From contig CAZDXE010000004.1 in the NCBI GenBank assembly GCA_964509565.1, positions 1 to 58,021 of the forward strand: 58,021 nt of DNA, given 5' to 3'. The position numbers and the translations under genes are program-made. Shown here in pieces: positions 20,108-31,563 of the stretch. Below the pieces are notes generated by a model. That model was not told where the DNA came from. It was given only the letters and a program-made list of their open reading frames with translations, and searched no databases. This DNA is from an uncultured Dehalococcoidales bacterium. GTDB taxonomy: Bacteria; Chloroflexota; Dehalococcoidia; GIF9; AB-539-J10. Numbering within the stretch: position 1 is the stretch's first letter; each line of letters begins with the position of its first letter.

Positions 20108-21043
20108 ATGCCACCTTATGCTTTTTTCCATAAGCGATTCATGCCATTGTCTGAAGCCAAGATCGGAATTCTAACTCACGCCTTTCACTACGGCACCGCT
20201 TGCTTTGAGGGCATCCGCGGCAATTGGGACAGCGAGCGGCAAAAATTCTGTCTCTTCCGCATGGAGGATCATTATAAGCGGATACTTAATGGCTGCCGTA
20301 TCCTAAAAATCGAGCTTCCCTATTCTGTTAGTAAACTATGCCAATTAACCAGCGAGCTTGTAGAAAAAAGTGGATTCCGTGAAGATGTATACATCCGCCC
20401 CCTGGCCTACAAAAGTTCTGAAACTTTAGGGGTTCGCCTTCATGAACTGGAAGATGATTTTCTTATCATTGCGACCCCCCTCCCTCCTTACCTCGGCACA
20501 AAAGGCATCCGTTGCTGTACTTCATCATGGCGCCGTATTGATGACACCATGATTCCACCTAGAGGCAAGATATGCGGCTCTTACGTGAACAGTGCTTTGG
20601 CTAAAACCGAAGCTTGGGAAAATGGCTTCGATGAAGCCATTTTCCTAACCTATGATGGACACGTCTCGGAGGGCACAGGGGAGAACATTTTCCTCATCAT
20701 CAACGGCAAATTAGTCACGCCCCCCTCCTCCGACAATATCCTCCTGGGGATTACTAGAGCCACAGTGATAAAACTAGCTAAAAATGAGTTGGGCATAGAT
20801 ACTATAGAGAGACAACTAGATAGAAGCGAGCTCTATTTAGCTGAGGAGTGTTTCTTTACCGGCACTGCAGCCCACATGGCACCGATTATAGAGATCGATC
20901 ATCGTTTAATAGGCAATGGAAAAACTGGCAAAATAACCGCCGCATTACAAGAATTGTTTCAAGAAGTGATACTGGGCAGGAATCCCAACTACCTTGATTG
21001 GTACACTATGCTCTGTCCACAATCAAACAAAGACACAACGTGA
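20108..21043 (+). CDS. ilvE: Branched-chain amino acid aminotransferase
   Basis: HYGTACFEGIR, K-x3-SYVNS, EGTGENIF, LLGITR and TGTAA. Confidence 0.92.
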   Translation: MPPYAFFHKRFMPLSEAKIGILTHAFHYGTACFEGIRGNWDSERQKFCLFRMEDHYKRILNGCRILKIELPYSVSKLCQLTSELVEKSGFREDVYIRPLAYKSSETLGVRLHELEDDFLIIATPLPPYLGTKGIRCCTSSWRRIDDTMIPPRGKICGSYVNSALAKTEAWENGFDEAIFLTYDGHVSEGTGENIFLIINGKLVTPPSSDNILLGITRATVIKLAKNELGIDTIERQLDRSELYLAEECFFTGTAAHMAPIIEIDHRLIGNGKTGKITAALQELFQEVILGRNPNYLDWYTMLCPQSNKDTT

Positions 21044-21139
21044 ACCCTGTCTTTTGGTAAAGAGAACCTAAAGTTTAGATATAAGCCCTAGAGATTCAGG
21101 CAAACAGTGGCTATGTTAACTCTCCACTTCCCTCTTGCT

Positions 21140-21427
21140 TTATATTGAACGCTTCGGCTCGACGGCAGCGGCAGCGTTCAACTTTTTCATTAAACGGGAT
21201 TTAAGCCTGGCACTCTTATTCCTATGAAAAACCCCCTTGCTTACAGCCTTATCCAGGCTACTTATAGCTGTCGCAGTTTCCTGCTGTGCTAACTCTAGCC
21301 CTCCACTACTAATAAGCTTCCTTGCTTTACTCACACGAGTTCTAGTACTACTTCGCACCAGGCGATTTCGCAACCGCTTTCTCCCCGCTGAGCGGGCTGC
21401 TTTATCAACTGTCTTGCTATTTGGCAT
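21140..21427 (-). CDS. rpsT: 30S ribosomal protein S20
   Basis: MPNSK...RLRNR and LDKAVSKGVFHRNKSARLKSRL. Confidence 0.95.
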   Translation of the reverse strand: MPNSKTVDKAARSAGRKRLRNRLVRSSTRTRVSKARKLISSGGLELAQQETATAISSLDKAVSKGVFHRNKSARLKSRLMKKLNAAAAVEPKRSI

Positions 21428-23570
21428 CTGACCCTCCTTCCCTTACTACATTTATCACATTCCACAGTGAGTAAACTCTAGAGACTACTTTATTTAAGTG
21501 AGCCGCACTTTTAATTTCGAGAGCAAAGTATAACGACGTGACATTATTATCATGGTGATTCACATTAGCACCGGTAATATTCACTCCCTCATCAGATATA
21601 ATAGCACTAATATCCCGAACTAAGCCAACTCTATCCCAAGCATCGATTTTAATAGTTACAGGATAAACCTGCCCCACATCTCCCCAACTCACATCAATCA
21701 ACCGTTCTTTTTCTACTTCATTAATAATATTAGGGCAATCCTTACGATGCACAGTGATGCCACGGCCCTGAGTAATATACCCTATAATTTCGTCTCCAGG
21801 CAAGGGATGACAACAACTAGCCAACCGAGTAAACAAATCACCAACACCTAACACTTTGACACTTGAAGGGCTACCCTTTTGAGGGGGCGAAATTCCAATT
21901 GTCTCACCAGTCGGCTCCAAATCCAGGCTTAACTTAAGTGATACTTGAGAGAGAGTAACATCACCGCGACCAAGAGCAGCAAAAAAATCATCTACGTGCT
22001 TATAGTTAAATTGATGTGCCAATTTATCAATGCTGGATAGACTAATACCCAAACGTTTAAGTTCCCTATTTAAAAGTTGCTTGCCAGCATCTACACTTTG
22101 ACCTCGTTCCTGTTTATTGAACCATTGCCGAACTTTGCCTCTAGCGTGAGACGTTTTAATATAATTGAGTTGAGGGTTAAGCCAATCTAAACTGGGGCCT
22201 TTCCTACCTTTAGCAGCAATAATTTCTACAATATCTCCGTTGCCAAGCATGTAATTTAAGGAGACTAAACGACCATTCACTCTCGCCCCAATACACCCAT
22301 AGCCCAAATCCGTATGAATTCGGAAGGCAAAATCCAGAGGTGTAGCTCCTTTAGGCAAATCTTTTATATCTCTCTGTGGAGTATAGACAAATACCCGATC
22401 TCCGAAGATATCAGTTTTAACAGATTCCAGAAACTCCTCACCATCAAATTCCTCCCGTAACTGAGAAATATCACGCAGCCAAGATATTTTATGCCCAAAT
22501 GACAGGTCTACTTTTCCACCTTCTTTATAATGCCAGTGAGCCGCCACACCATACTCAGCAATCTGGTGCATATCGTATGTCCGAATCTGTATTTCTAGCG
22601 GAGTTGTGCCTTGGCACATTACCGTAGTATGTAAGGATTGATAGCCATTGTCTTTAGGGTTAGCAATAAAATCATTAAACTCCTCAATCATAGGATGCCA
22701 AAGATTGTGAATCGTTCCTAATACCTTATAACAATCCGAAACTGAGCCCACTAATACACGTAAGGCAAAAAGGTCATGAATATCACCAAAATCCTTGCCT
22801 TGTGCAGCATACTTATCCAGTTTCTGATAAATGCTGTAGATATGTTTCGGCCTACCAAAAATCTTAGCCTCTATGCCAGCTTTGTCTAATTCTCGACGCA
22901 GTGCTTGACTGACCTCAGCTATAAAATTTTCCCGCTGCTCTCGTTTTTCAGCTACCAAGCGAATAATCCGACGATATTGCTGTGGCTCCAAGTATCGCAA
23001 ACCCAGATCTTCCAATTGCCATTTTACATCCCACATACCCAAACGGTGCGCCAGAGGCGCATATACTTCCAATGTCTCCTGGGCAATCGCACGTCGTCTC
23101 GACAAAGGCAATGCCCCTAGAGTGCGCATATTATGTAGCCTGTCAGCTAACTTAATAATGATCACCCGTAAGTCTTCAACCGTAGCCACAAGCATTTTGC
23201 GCAAATTCTCAGCCCGAACTCTTGATTTCCCCCAACCCTGCCCAGATCGGTTGGTGAGTTTTTTCAGCTTAGTAACACCATCAACTAATTTAGCTACCTC
23301 AGATCCAAATTTGATTTCAATCTCATCCAGCGATATACCACAATCTTCAGGAATATCATGCAGCAAGGCAGCAATTAAAGTATCTCTATCGAGGTGTAGG
23401 TTAGCCAGGGCCATGGTTACTTGCAAAGGATGCTCCAAATAAGGCTCTCCCGACTTGCGCATCTGCCCTTCATGTGCTTGCGCGGCGAACTCATAAGCTG
23501 CCTTAATCAAGCCTTCCTTATCAGCAGGCAAATATTCATTGATTTTTGCCATAAGAGAATCTATATCCAT
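21417..23570 (-). CDS. rel: Bifunctional (p)ppGpp synthetase/hydrolase Rel
   Basis: HD domain (LLHD..ED, KLADRLHNMRTL), synthetase (NGYQSLHT, EIQIRT), TGS, CC zinc finger and ACT domain. Overlaps rpsT by 11 bp. Confidence 0.95.
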   Translation of the reverse strand: MDIDSLMAKINEYLPADKEGLIKAAYEFAAQAHEGQMRKSGEPYLEHPLQVTMALANLHLDRDTLIAALLHDIPEDCGISLDEIEIKFGSEVAKLVDGVTKLKKLTNRSGQGWGKSRVRAENLRKMLVATVEDLRVIIIKLADRLHNMRTLGALPLSRRRAIAQETLEVYAPLAHRLGMWDVKWQLEDLGLRYLEPQQYRRIIRLVAEKREQRENFIAEVSQALRRELDKAGIEAKIFGRPKHIYSIYQKLDKYAAQGKDFGDIHDLFALRVLVGSVSDCYKVLGTIHNLWHPMIEEFNDFIANPKDNGYQSLHTTVMCQGTTPLEIQIRTYDMHQIAEYGVAAHWHYKEGGKVDLSFGHKISWLRDISQLREEFDGEEFLESVKTDIFGDRVFVYTPQRDIKDLPKGATPLDFAFRIHTDLGYGCIGARVNGRLVSLNYMLGNGDIVEIIAAKGRKGPSLDWLNPQLNYIKTSHARGKVRQWFNKQERGQSVDAGKQLLNRELKRLGISLSSIDKLAHQFNYKHVDDFFAALGRGDVTLSQVSLKLSLDLEPTGETIGISPPQKGSPSSVKVLGVGDLFTRLASCCHPLPGDEIIGYITQGRGITVHRKDCPNIINEVEKERLIDVSWGDVGQVYPVTIKIDAWDRVGLVRDISAIISDEGVNITGANVNHHDNNVTSLYFALEIKSAAHLNKVVSRVYSLWNVINVVREGGSDAK

Positions 23571-23796
23571 ATTTCAAGCTTCATAATAACGCAGCAATAA
23601 AAGCAACGCAAACCTTGCCGTCTCAGGCAATCCAACCACAGGAAACACAATAACAAACATAATAAATTGGCCATCACTTATATAAAACTTCTCCTGCAAG
23701 TTTATAAGCTCCCAGCTATTATGTATGGTGAGAGAGCGAGTAAGCAACTAATAAATATGCTAAACTAAACATCATACATAGAGAAAGGAGTCTCCC

Positions 23797-25062
23797 TTGT
23801 ATAAAGCGCCCAGAGGTACATCAGATATCCTGCCACAGGAACAAAATTATTGGAAATATGTGAAGGAAAAAGCAGCTCTTTTATGTCACCTTTATGGCTA
23901 CCAGCCATTGACTACACCAATATTTGAAGATTCCAGACTCTTCTCCCGTACTGTGTCTGGAGGAACAGACCTCGCAGACAAAGAAATGTACATCTTTGAG
24001 GACAGGAGCGGGCAAAAACTAGCTTTAAGGGCAGAAGGAACAGCACCGGTCTGTCGAGCTTATATGGAACACGGGTTGTTCAATTTGCCTCAACCCGTAA
24101 GACTTTATTATATTGGAGCTGCTTTCAGATATGAGCGCCCTCAAGCTGGACGTTACCGCCAGCATCACCAATTTGGGTACGAAGCTTTAGGCGATGTTGA
24201 CCCCGCCCTCGACGTCGAGGTAATAGAGATGGCACAACAATTCTTGCTTTCTCTAGGTCTTTCTAAATTCTCCATTCAACTTAATAGCATTGGCTGTAAA
24301 CTCTGCCAACCTGAGTACATAAAGACACTAAAGCAACATTACTCCAACCACACAGCTGATTTATGCCCAGACTGTGAAATCAGGCTGCTTAAAAATCCGC
24401 TGCGCTTACTTGACTGCAAAAAAGCCTCCTGCCAGAAAATAGCTGCGACAGCCCCAAAAATCATAAATTACCTGTGCCCTGAATGCCAAGCACATTTCCA
24501 AAACGTGCAGCAAGGATTAAAAACGTTGGGTATTCCTTTCCAATTGAACCATAGATTAGTACGTGGGCTGGATTATTATACCAGGACTGTATTTGAGATT
24601 GAACCTCGAGAGGAAGGGGCACAAAGTGCTCTCGGAGGCGGAGGACGTTACGACAATCTTGTTGAGCAACTGGGTGGGAAATGCACCCCTGCAGTTGGCT
24701 TCGCCACCGGCATAGAAAGGCTCATATTAAATCTAAAGAGACAAAAAATGAAGATCCCTCCTTCCCCTAAATCCGTTGCTTTCATCGCTTATTTAGGGGA
24801 AGATGCTAAAATTGAGGCAATGAAGCTCGCCTCCAGGCTACGGCAAGCTGGGATTGCTGTTATCAAAGCCACAGGTAGTAAAAGTTTAAAAGGACAGTTA
24901 AGGCAAGCCAACTCACTAGGCACTAACTATACTATTATCATCGGTGAAGAAGAGGTCAAAAATCAGACCGTAGTATTGCGGGATATGATAAACAATAAAC
25001 AGAACTCTATCTCCATAGCTAAAGTAGTCCTGTCACTTAAACAAAACAAGCCCCTTGAATGA
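23797..25062 (+). CDS. hisS: Histidine-tRNA ligase
   Basis: PRGT.D, LRAEGTA, FRYERPQAGRYRQ, LVRGLDYY and GGGRYD. Confidence 0.97.
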   Translation: MYKAPRGTSDILPQEQNYWKYVKEKAALLCHLYGYQPLTTPIFEDSRLFSRTVSGGTDLADKEMYIFEDRSGQKLALRAEGTAPVCRAYMEHGLFNLPQPVRLYYIGAAFRYERPQAGRYRQHHQFGYEALGDVDPALDVEVIEMAQQFLLSLGLSKFSIQLNSIGCKLCQPEYIKTLKQHYSNHTADLCPDCEIRLLKNPLRLLDCKKASCQKIAATAPKIINYLCPECQAHFQNVQQGLKTLGIPFQLNHRLVRGLDYYTRTVFEIEPREEGAQSALGGGGRYDNLVEQLGGKCTPAVGFATGIERLILNLKRQKMKIPPSPKSVAFIAYLGEDAKIEAMKLASRLRQAGIAVIKATGSKSLKGQLRQANSLGTNYTIIIGEEEVKNQTVVLRDMINNKQNSISIAKVVLSLKQNKPLE

Positions 25063-25268
25063 TATCTCAAATACATTCTCCGCCTCTAGATATGATACAA
25101 TATGGACTAGTGGCTGTAAGCATCGTTGATACTAAGAGAGGCCTAAAGTCTGCCCACGGCTCTCCTTCCGGAATTTCCACTCCGCCGAAGTGACATGTAT
25201 AAGAAGGTAAGTTAGCCATATCGTAAGGCAAGATAACCAATGGCTCAGTTTGACCAGGCAGGTAATAG

Positions 25269-27185
<1,917 letters not shown>

Positions 27186-27207
27186 GAGTATGCCACACCC
27201 CTTTACC

Positions 27208-27822
27208 TTACGTCTCGCAGTTAGCATACAGTTTTTGCTCCGCTATATATTTTTCAACTAAGCTGGGAACTAAGTAGCGAATAGGTAACCCTTGAGCTAT
27301 ACGTTGGCGGATTCTCGAAGAGCTAACTTCAATTGTAGGTGCAACGAGCTGTATAACGTTATGACTTAATCCTGGAACGAGAGGCTCTAAAGATTCTAAA
27401 TCCGGCAAATTTAAACCCAATCTGGGAACAACTACTAACTGGCACATCTGCACTAGCTGATCCGGCTCTTTCCACAAGTGGAATCCTGCAAGGCTGTCAC
27501 TACCAAGAATAAAGAAAAACGGCTGTTCGCCTAATTGGCTTCGAAGAGTAGTTACAGTATCTATGGAATAAGAGGGCCCACTGCGCTCCACTTCCAAAGT
27601 ACAAAGCTTAAAGCAGGGGTTATCAGCAATAGCCAAACGTAACATCTCCAGGCGATGGGTCACTGGAGCAATCGTGTAGCCCTGGTCCACTTTGAACCAT
27701 GGCTGCCCCGCAGGCACAAAGAGAATTTCGCCAAGGCCAAGTTTTTCTCTTGCCTCTTCAGCTATAATAAGATGCCCTATATGAACAGGATCAAAAGTAC
27801 CTCCAAGAATGCCTATATTCAT
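27208..27822 (-). CDS. nadD: Nicotinate-nucleotide adenylyltransferase
   Basis: GGTFDPVHIGH, SYSIDT, LGSD and VSSSRIR. Confidence 0.95.
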   Translation of the reverse strand: MNIGILGGTFDPVHIGHLIIAEEAREKLGLGEILFVPAGQPWFKVDQGYTIAPVTHRLEMLRLAIADNPCFKLCTLEVERSGPSYSIDTVTTLRSQLGEQPFFFILGSDSLAGFHLWKEPDQLVQMCQLVVVPRLGLNLPDLESLEPLVPGLSHNVIQLVAPTIEVSSSRIRQRIAQGLPIRYLVPSLVEKYIAEQKLYANCET

Positions 27823-27826
27823 TGTT

Positions 27827-28882
27827 TCACTTCCTAGGTTTGGGATGGAATACTGTTAGCCCAGGCGGCGAAACCACTTTCCTTTCCTCACTCAGCCGCC
27901 CAACTATTTCAATTGTCTTAGTGATGAATTCCGTCATACCCTGTCCATTAAGTGCTGAAATGAACAAGAGAGATGCATCTAAGTAATCAAAACTTTGCCT
28001 CACATCATGCAATCGAGATTTAACCTGCGGTAGATCCACTTTGTTCACAGCTATAATCTTTGCCTTCTGACATAAATCGGTTTTATATGCAGCTAACTCC
28101 TCATGTAACCTGGTAAAATCATCGACCATAGTTGCTGACATGCCATCCAGCAAATAAACTAGGAGCTTAGTTCTCTCAATATGTCGTAGAAATTCATATC
28201 CCAATTCCTTACTGACATGTGCACCTGCGGTAAGTGCTGGCATCTCAGCCACCACAAAATCTCTTCTGCTACCTCGGATAACTCCTAAAACTGGCTGCCG
28301 TGTAGTAAAGGGGTAATCCGCTATTCTAGGTCTAGCCTCTGTTATAGCAGATAGCAAAGTGGATTTACCTGAATTCGAGTAACCAATAATACACATATCA
28401 GTGACAAGTTTTAGTTCAAGGCTAATTTGGTACTCCTCTCCCAATCCCCCTTTCCCAGCTACCCTAGGTTCCTGATTTGCCCCCGTAGCAAAGTGCACAT
28501 TCCCTAACCCACCCCTACCCCCCCTCGCTACTAATACTTTTCCTTCAGAAACAACCATGTCAGCTAAAGGTTTTCTTTCCCCTAGTTCAGTTCTAATAGA
28601 AACCATAGTCCCGACAGGCACAGAAATGCTTAAGTCCATACCTTTTTTACCATGCTTACTTTCTTTGCCACCTCCGTGGCCAGATTCAGCTATGAATTTT
28701 CCTCTTTGTTTAAGCAAAGTTAAATCAAACAAAGAGGAATCAGCCACAATGAAAATATTCCCACCATCTCCACCATCACCTCCATCTGGACCTCCCAACG
28801 GGATATATTTCTCATGAAGAAAACTAGCCAATCCATTTCCTCCACTTCCACCCTTTACTATGATTTCTATTTTGTCTATCAT
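27827..28882 (-). CDS. obgE: GTPase Obg/CgtA (short; G3 motif altered)
   Basis: Gly-rich Obg fold GGPDGGDGG.GG, G1 GYSNSGKS, G2 YPFTT and G4 NKVD; G3 reads EMPA. Confidence 0.92.
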   Translation of the reverse strand: MIDKIEIIVKGGSGGNGLASFLHEKYIPLGGPDGGDGGDGGNIFIVADSSLFDLTLLKQRGKFIAESGHGGGKESKHGKKGMDLSISVPVGTMVSIRTELGERKPLADMVVSEGKVLVARGGRGGLGNVHFATGANQEPRVAGKGGLGEEYQISLELKLVTDMCIIGYSNSGKSTLLSAITEARPRIADYPFTTRQPVLGVIRGSRRDFVVAEMPALTAGAHVSKELGYEFLRHIERTKLLVYLLDGMSATMVDDFTRLHEELAAYKTDLCQKAKIIAVNKVDLPQVKSRLHDVRQSFDYLDASLLFISALNGQGMTEFITKTIEIVGRLSEERKVVSPPGLTVFHPKPRK

Positions 28883-29045
28883 AAGGAATTGTAGTTATTA
28901 TAAACTAATAATAGTCTTAATAAGAAGAGTTGATTAAGAAGAGATAAGGAACAAAATATCAACTTTGTAATGTATAGATCTCAACAATTTAGTTTCATTG
29001 TGAGCAATATTCATCTACATATTTTTAACATTCCCTTACGGGATT
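28883..29045. other. Probable chromosomal replication origin oriC
   Basis: AT-rich gap downstream of dnaA; degenerate DnaA boxes TCATCTACA (29011-19), TTTTTAACA (29022-30) and TGTGAGCAA (28999-29007); trio-like TAATAATAG (28906-14) and TAAGAAGAG x2 (28921, 28935); apparent GC-skew flip. Confidence 0.65.
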
Positions 29046-30368
29046 TTAATGCGAGCTGATTTTCTCATTAATCTCTAATATTTGGCGGCGTAATTTGAGG
29101 TTAGTAGTTATTTGGGCAGCGATTTTTTTATAACCATAGATGATTGTAGCGTGGCTTCTATTACCTAGTACCTTGCCAATTTCAGTGAAAGAGCAGTTAT
29201 CTTCCTCTTTCATAAGATACATTGCAATTTGCCGCGCCAGGGCAATTTTCCTGTCTCTCGCTTTACCGCTTAGTTCCTCGCCGGGGAGGTTAAAATAATC
29301 AGCCACTGCTTGTATTATTGAATTTTTCCCCTGCTTACCAGTAGCGCTTGTTAATAACATGTTAACTATTTGTGGCGTGAGTTCTGATCTGGTTAATTTG
29401 GCTCGAGCTGTTAAGTATATCAGAGCGCCCTCAAGATGGCGGATATTTCCCCACGTACGTTTCGCTAGAAGCTGCAGTACTTCGTCAGAGGCCGATAGCA
29501 TCATTTCCTGAGCTTTAGTGCCCAGTATAGAGAGGCGTGTTTCAAAATCGGGTGGCTGAATGGAGACAATGAGGCCCCATTCAAGATGTGATTTGAACTT
29601 GTCGCTAAGCAGGGCCATGTCTTTAGGATGACGGTCGGCGGTCATGACGATCTGACGGCTATTGTTGTATAGTTCGTTAAAAATTTGAAAGAAGCATTGT
29701 AAGGTCTGTTTTTTATCAGTTATGAATTGTATATCATCGAATAGAAAAAGGTGAGTATCTTTAAATTTGTCACGGAAATCTTCAACCTGTTTTTGTTTGA
29801 TAGCTCTTATAAATTCGTTGGTGAATTGCTCAGCGCTGGTATAAGTTACGCACAGTCCATTGTCTACTGCTCTGTGTCCGATAGCGTGTAGCAGATGTGT
29901 TTTGCCCTGCCCAGTGCTGCTGTAAATGAAAAGAGGGTTGTAAGTATGCCCCGGGTTTTCAACTGTTTCCACTGTAGCGGCGTAAGCTAAACGGTTGCAA
30001 TCACCAACGATAAAATTACCAAAAGTGTATCTCGAGTTAAACCTATCTATCCTGACCTTGGTGCTTGTTCCACCATCAGTTTGGCTGGCGCTGGCTAAAG
30101 AGCTGCTTTGTAGTTGCTCTTTGTTGTGAACGATAAATTGGACGTCTATATCTCTTACCGTAATTTGGGTTAAGGTTTTTTTTACTAGAGAATGGAGACG
30201 TTTAATTAACCACTCTGCCACGAAGGCATTTGGAACTCCAACTACGAAAACGCCACTCTGGAAACTTATGCCATAGCTTTTCTCAAGCCATGTAGTATAA
30301 TTTGCTCTGCTGACCTGGAGTTGAAGTTCTCCCAGCGCCCTCTCCCAGATTTCCTTTGCTGAATCCAA
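29046..30368 (-). CDS. dnaA: Chromosomal replication initiator DnaA
   Basis: YTFGNFIVG.CN, YNPLFIY..TGQGKTHLL, DDIQF, WGL, ARQIAMYL and domain IV RSHAT. Confidence 0.97.
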   Translation of the reverse strand: MDSAKEIWERALGELQLQVSRANYTTWLEKSYGISFQSGVFVVGVPNAFVAEWLIKRLHSLVKKTLTQITVRDIDVQFIVHNKEQLQSSSLASASQTDGGTSTKVRIDRFNSRYTFGNFIVGDCNRLAYAATVETVENPGHTYNPLFIYSSTGQGKTHLLHAIGHRAVDNGLCVTYTSAEQFTNEFIRAIKQKQVEDFRDKFKDTHLFLFDDIQFITDKKQTLQCFFQIFNELYNNSRQIVMTADRHPKDMALLSDKFKSHLEWGLIVSIQPPDFETRLSILGTKAQEMMLSASDEVLQLLAKRTWGNIRHLEGALIYLTARAKLTRSELTPQIVNMLLTSATGKQGKNSIIQAVADYFNLPGEELSGKARDRKIALARQIAMYLMKEEDNCSFTEIGKVLGNRSHATIIYGYKKIAAQITTNLKLRRQILEINEKISSH

Positions 30369-30524
30369 CTTACCTCCTTGGTTAAATTGCCGTTAATTAG
30401 CTAGAAAGAGATTAGTAACAAGGTGGAAATACGTGAACCCGTAACAGCAGTTTACCAAAGGGCTTTGAGATTTTTCTAGGGGGTCTTTGACATAATAGAG
30501 AAAATTGTAGAAAATACTTCTGTT

Positions 30525-31475
30525 GTGGAAACACGTATCGTTTTTATGGGTACTCCACGAATTGCTGCGACCATATTGGAAGTTTTGATTCGCAGCCCAT
30601 ATCAGGTGATTGTTGTGTATACTCAGCCTGATAGGCCATCTGGCAGAAAGCGAGAGCTTACTTCATCTCCAGTAAAGGAACTGGCCATAAAACATCGGAT
30701 TCCCGTTGTGCAACCAGAGACTCTTAAGTCAGCGGAAGTGGTAAGGGAATTGGCTAACTTCAAGTCGGAACTGATTATTGTCGCCGCTTTTGGGCAGATT
30801 CTTTCCAGGGAGGTGTTGTCTTTGCCTAAGTTGGGTTGTCTTAATGTGCATCCCTCGCTATTGCCTAGACACCGAGGCCCATCTCCAGTGGCTGATGCCC
30901 TGCTTTGCGGAGAGCTATTTACAGGGGTTACTATCATGGTGATGGATGAGGGTCTGGACAGCGGGCCAATTTTAACTCAGAGCAGGGTAGCTATCTCCTC
31001 CATAGATACCACTGGCTCTCTTACGGATAAATTAGCTCATGCGGGGGCTGAGCTTTTGATGGAAACTCTACCTAAATGGCTTGGTGGAGAGTTTGAAGCG
31101 GAACCTCAAGATGAGAGCCAGGTTACTTATAGCAGATTGATAAGCAACAAAGATGGTGAGATAGATTGGTATTTACCGGCAATAGAACTGCGGCGGCAAG
31201 TAAGGGCCTTTAATCCCTGGCCAAGCTGTTATTCTTGGTGGCGTGGCAAACGACTTAAAATACATGAAGCTGCTCTCCCGAGCGAACCAGCAAGGGGTAG
31301 AACAGGAGAAGTAGTTTCTTTGCGAGAGATGCCCAACGTTGGCGTGGTGACTGGAAATGGCATCCTGGGCCTTTGCCAGATTCAGATGGAAGGGAAACGT
31401 AAGATGCTGGTTGCTGATTTTGTACGGGGGCAAGGTAATTTTATTGGTTCTATTCTAGGCAAAAGTAGTGTATGA
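30525..31475 (+). CDS. fmt: Methionyl-tRNA formyltransferase
   Basis: FMGTP, YTQPDRPSGR, NVHPSLLPRHRG, LDSGP and RAFNPWP. Confidence 0.96.
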   Translation: METRIVFMGTPRIAATILEVLIRSPYQVIVVYTQPDRPSGRKRELTSSPVKELAIKHRIPVVQPETLKSAEVVRELANFKSELIIVAAFGQILSREVLSLPKLGCLNVHPSLLPRHRGPSPVADALLCGELFTGVTIMVMDEGLDSGPILTQSRVAISSIDTTGSLTDKLAHAGAELLMETLPKWLGGEFEAEPQDESQVTYSRLISNKDGEIDWYLPAIELRRQVRAFNPWPSCYSWWRGKRLKIHEAALPSEPARGRTGEVVSLREMPNVGVVTGNGILGLCQIQMEGKRKMLVADFVRGQGNFIGSILGKSSV

Positions 31476-31563
31476 ATTTTCCTTACATGGTTCATTCCAG
31501 CATTATGGTAAAAAATATCATGGGGGGGGGCTTAGCAGAAAACCTGGGTTGGGCTACTCTCTT

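Noticed and set aside
23560-23675. Small hydrophobic or Cys-rich uORFs upstream of rel
   Set aside because: No RBS or recognisable motif; explained by T/G-rich composition.
27820-30540. parS sites near the origin
   Set aside because: Only half-matches (TGTTTCAC, CGTGAAC); no full 16-bp palindrome seen.
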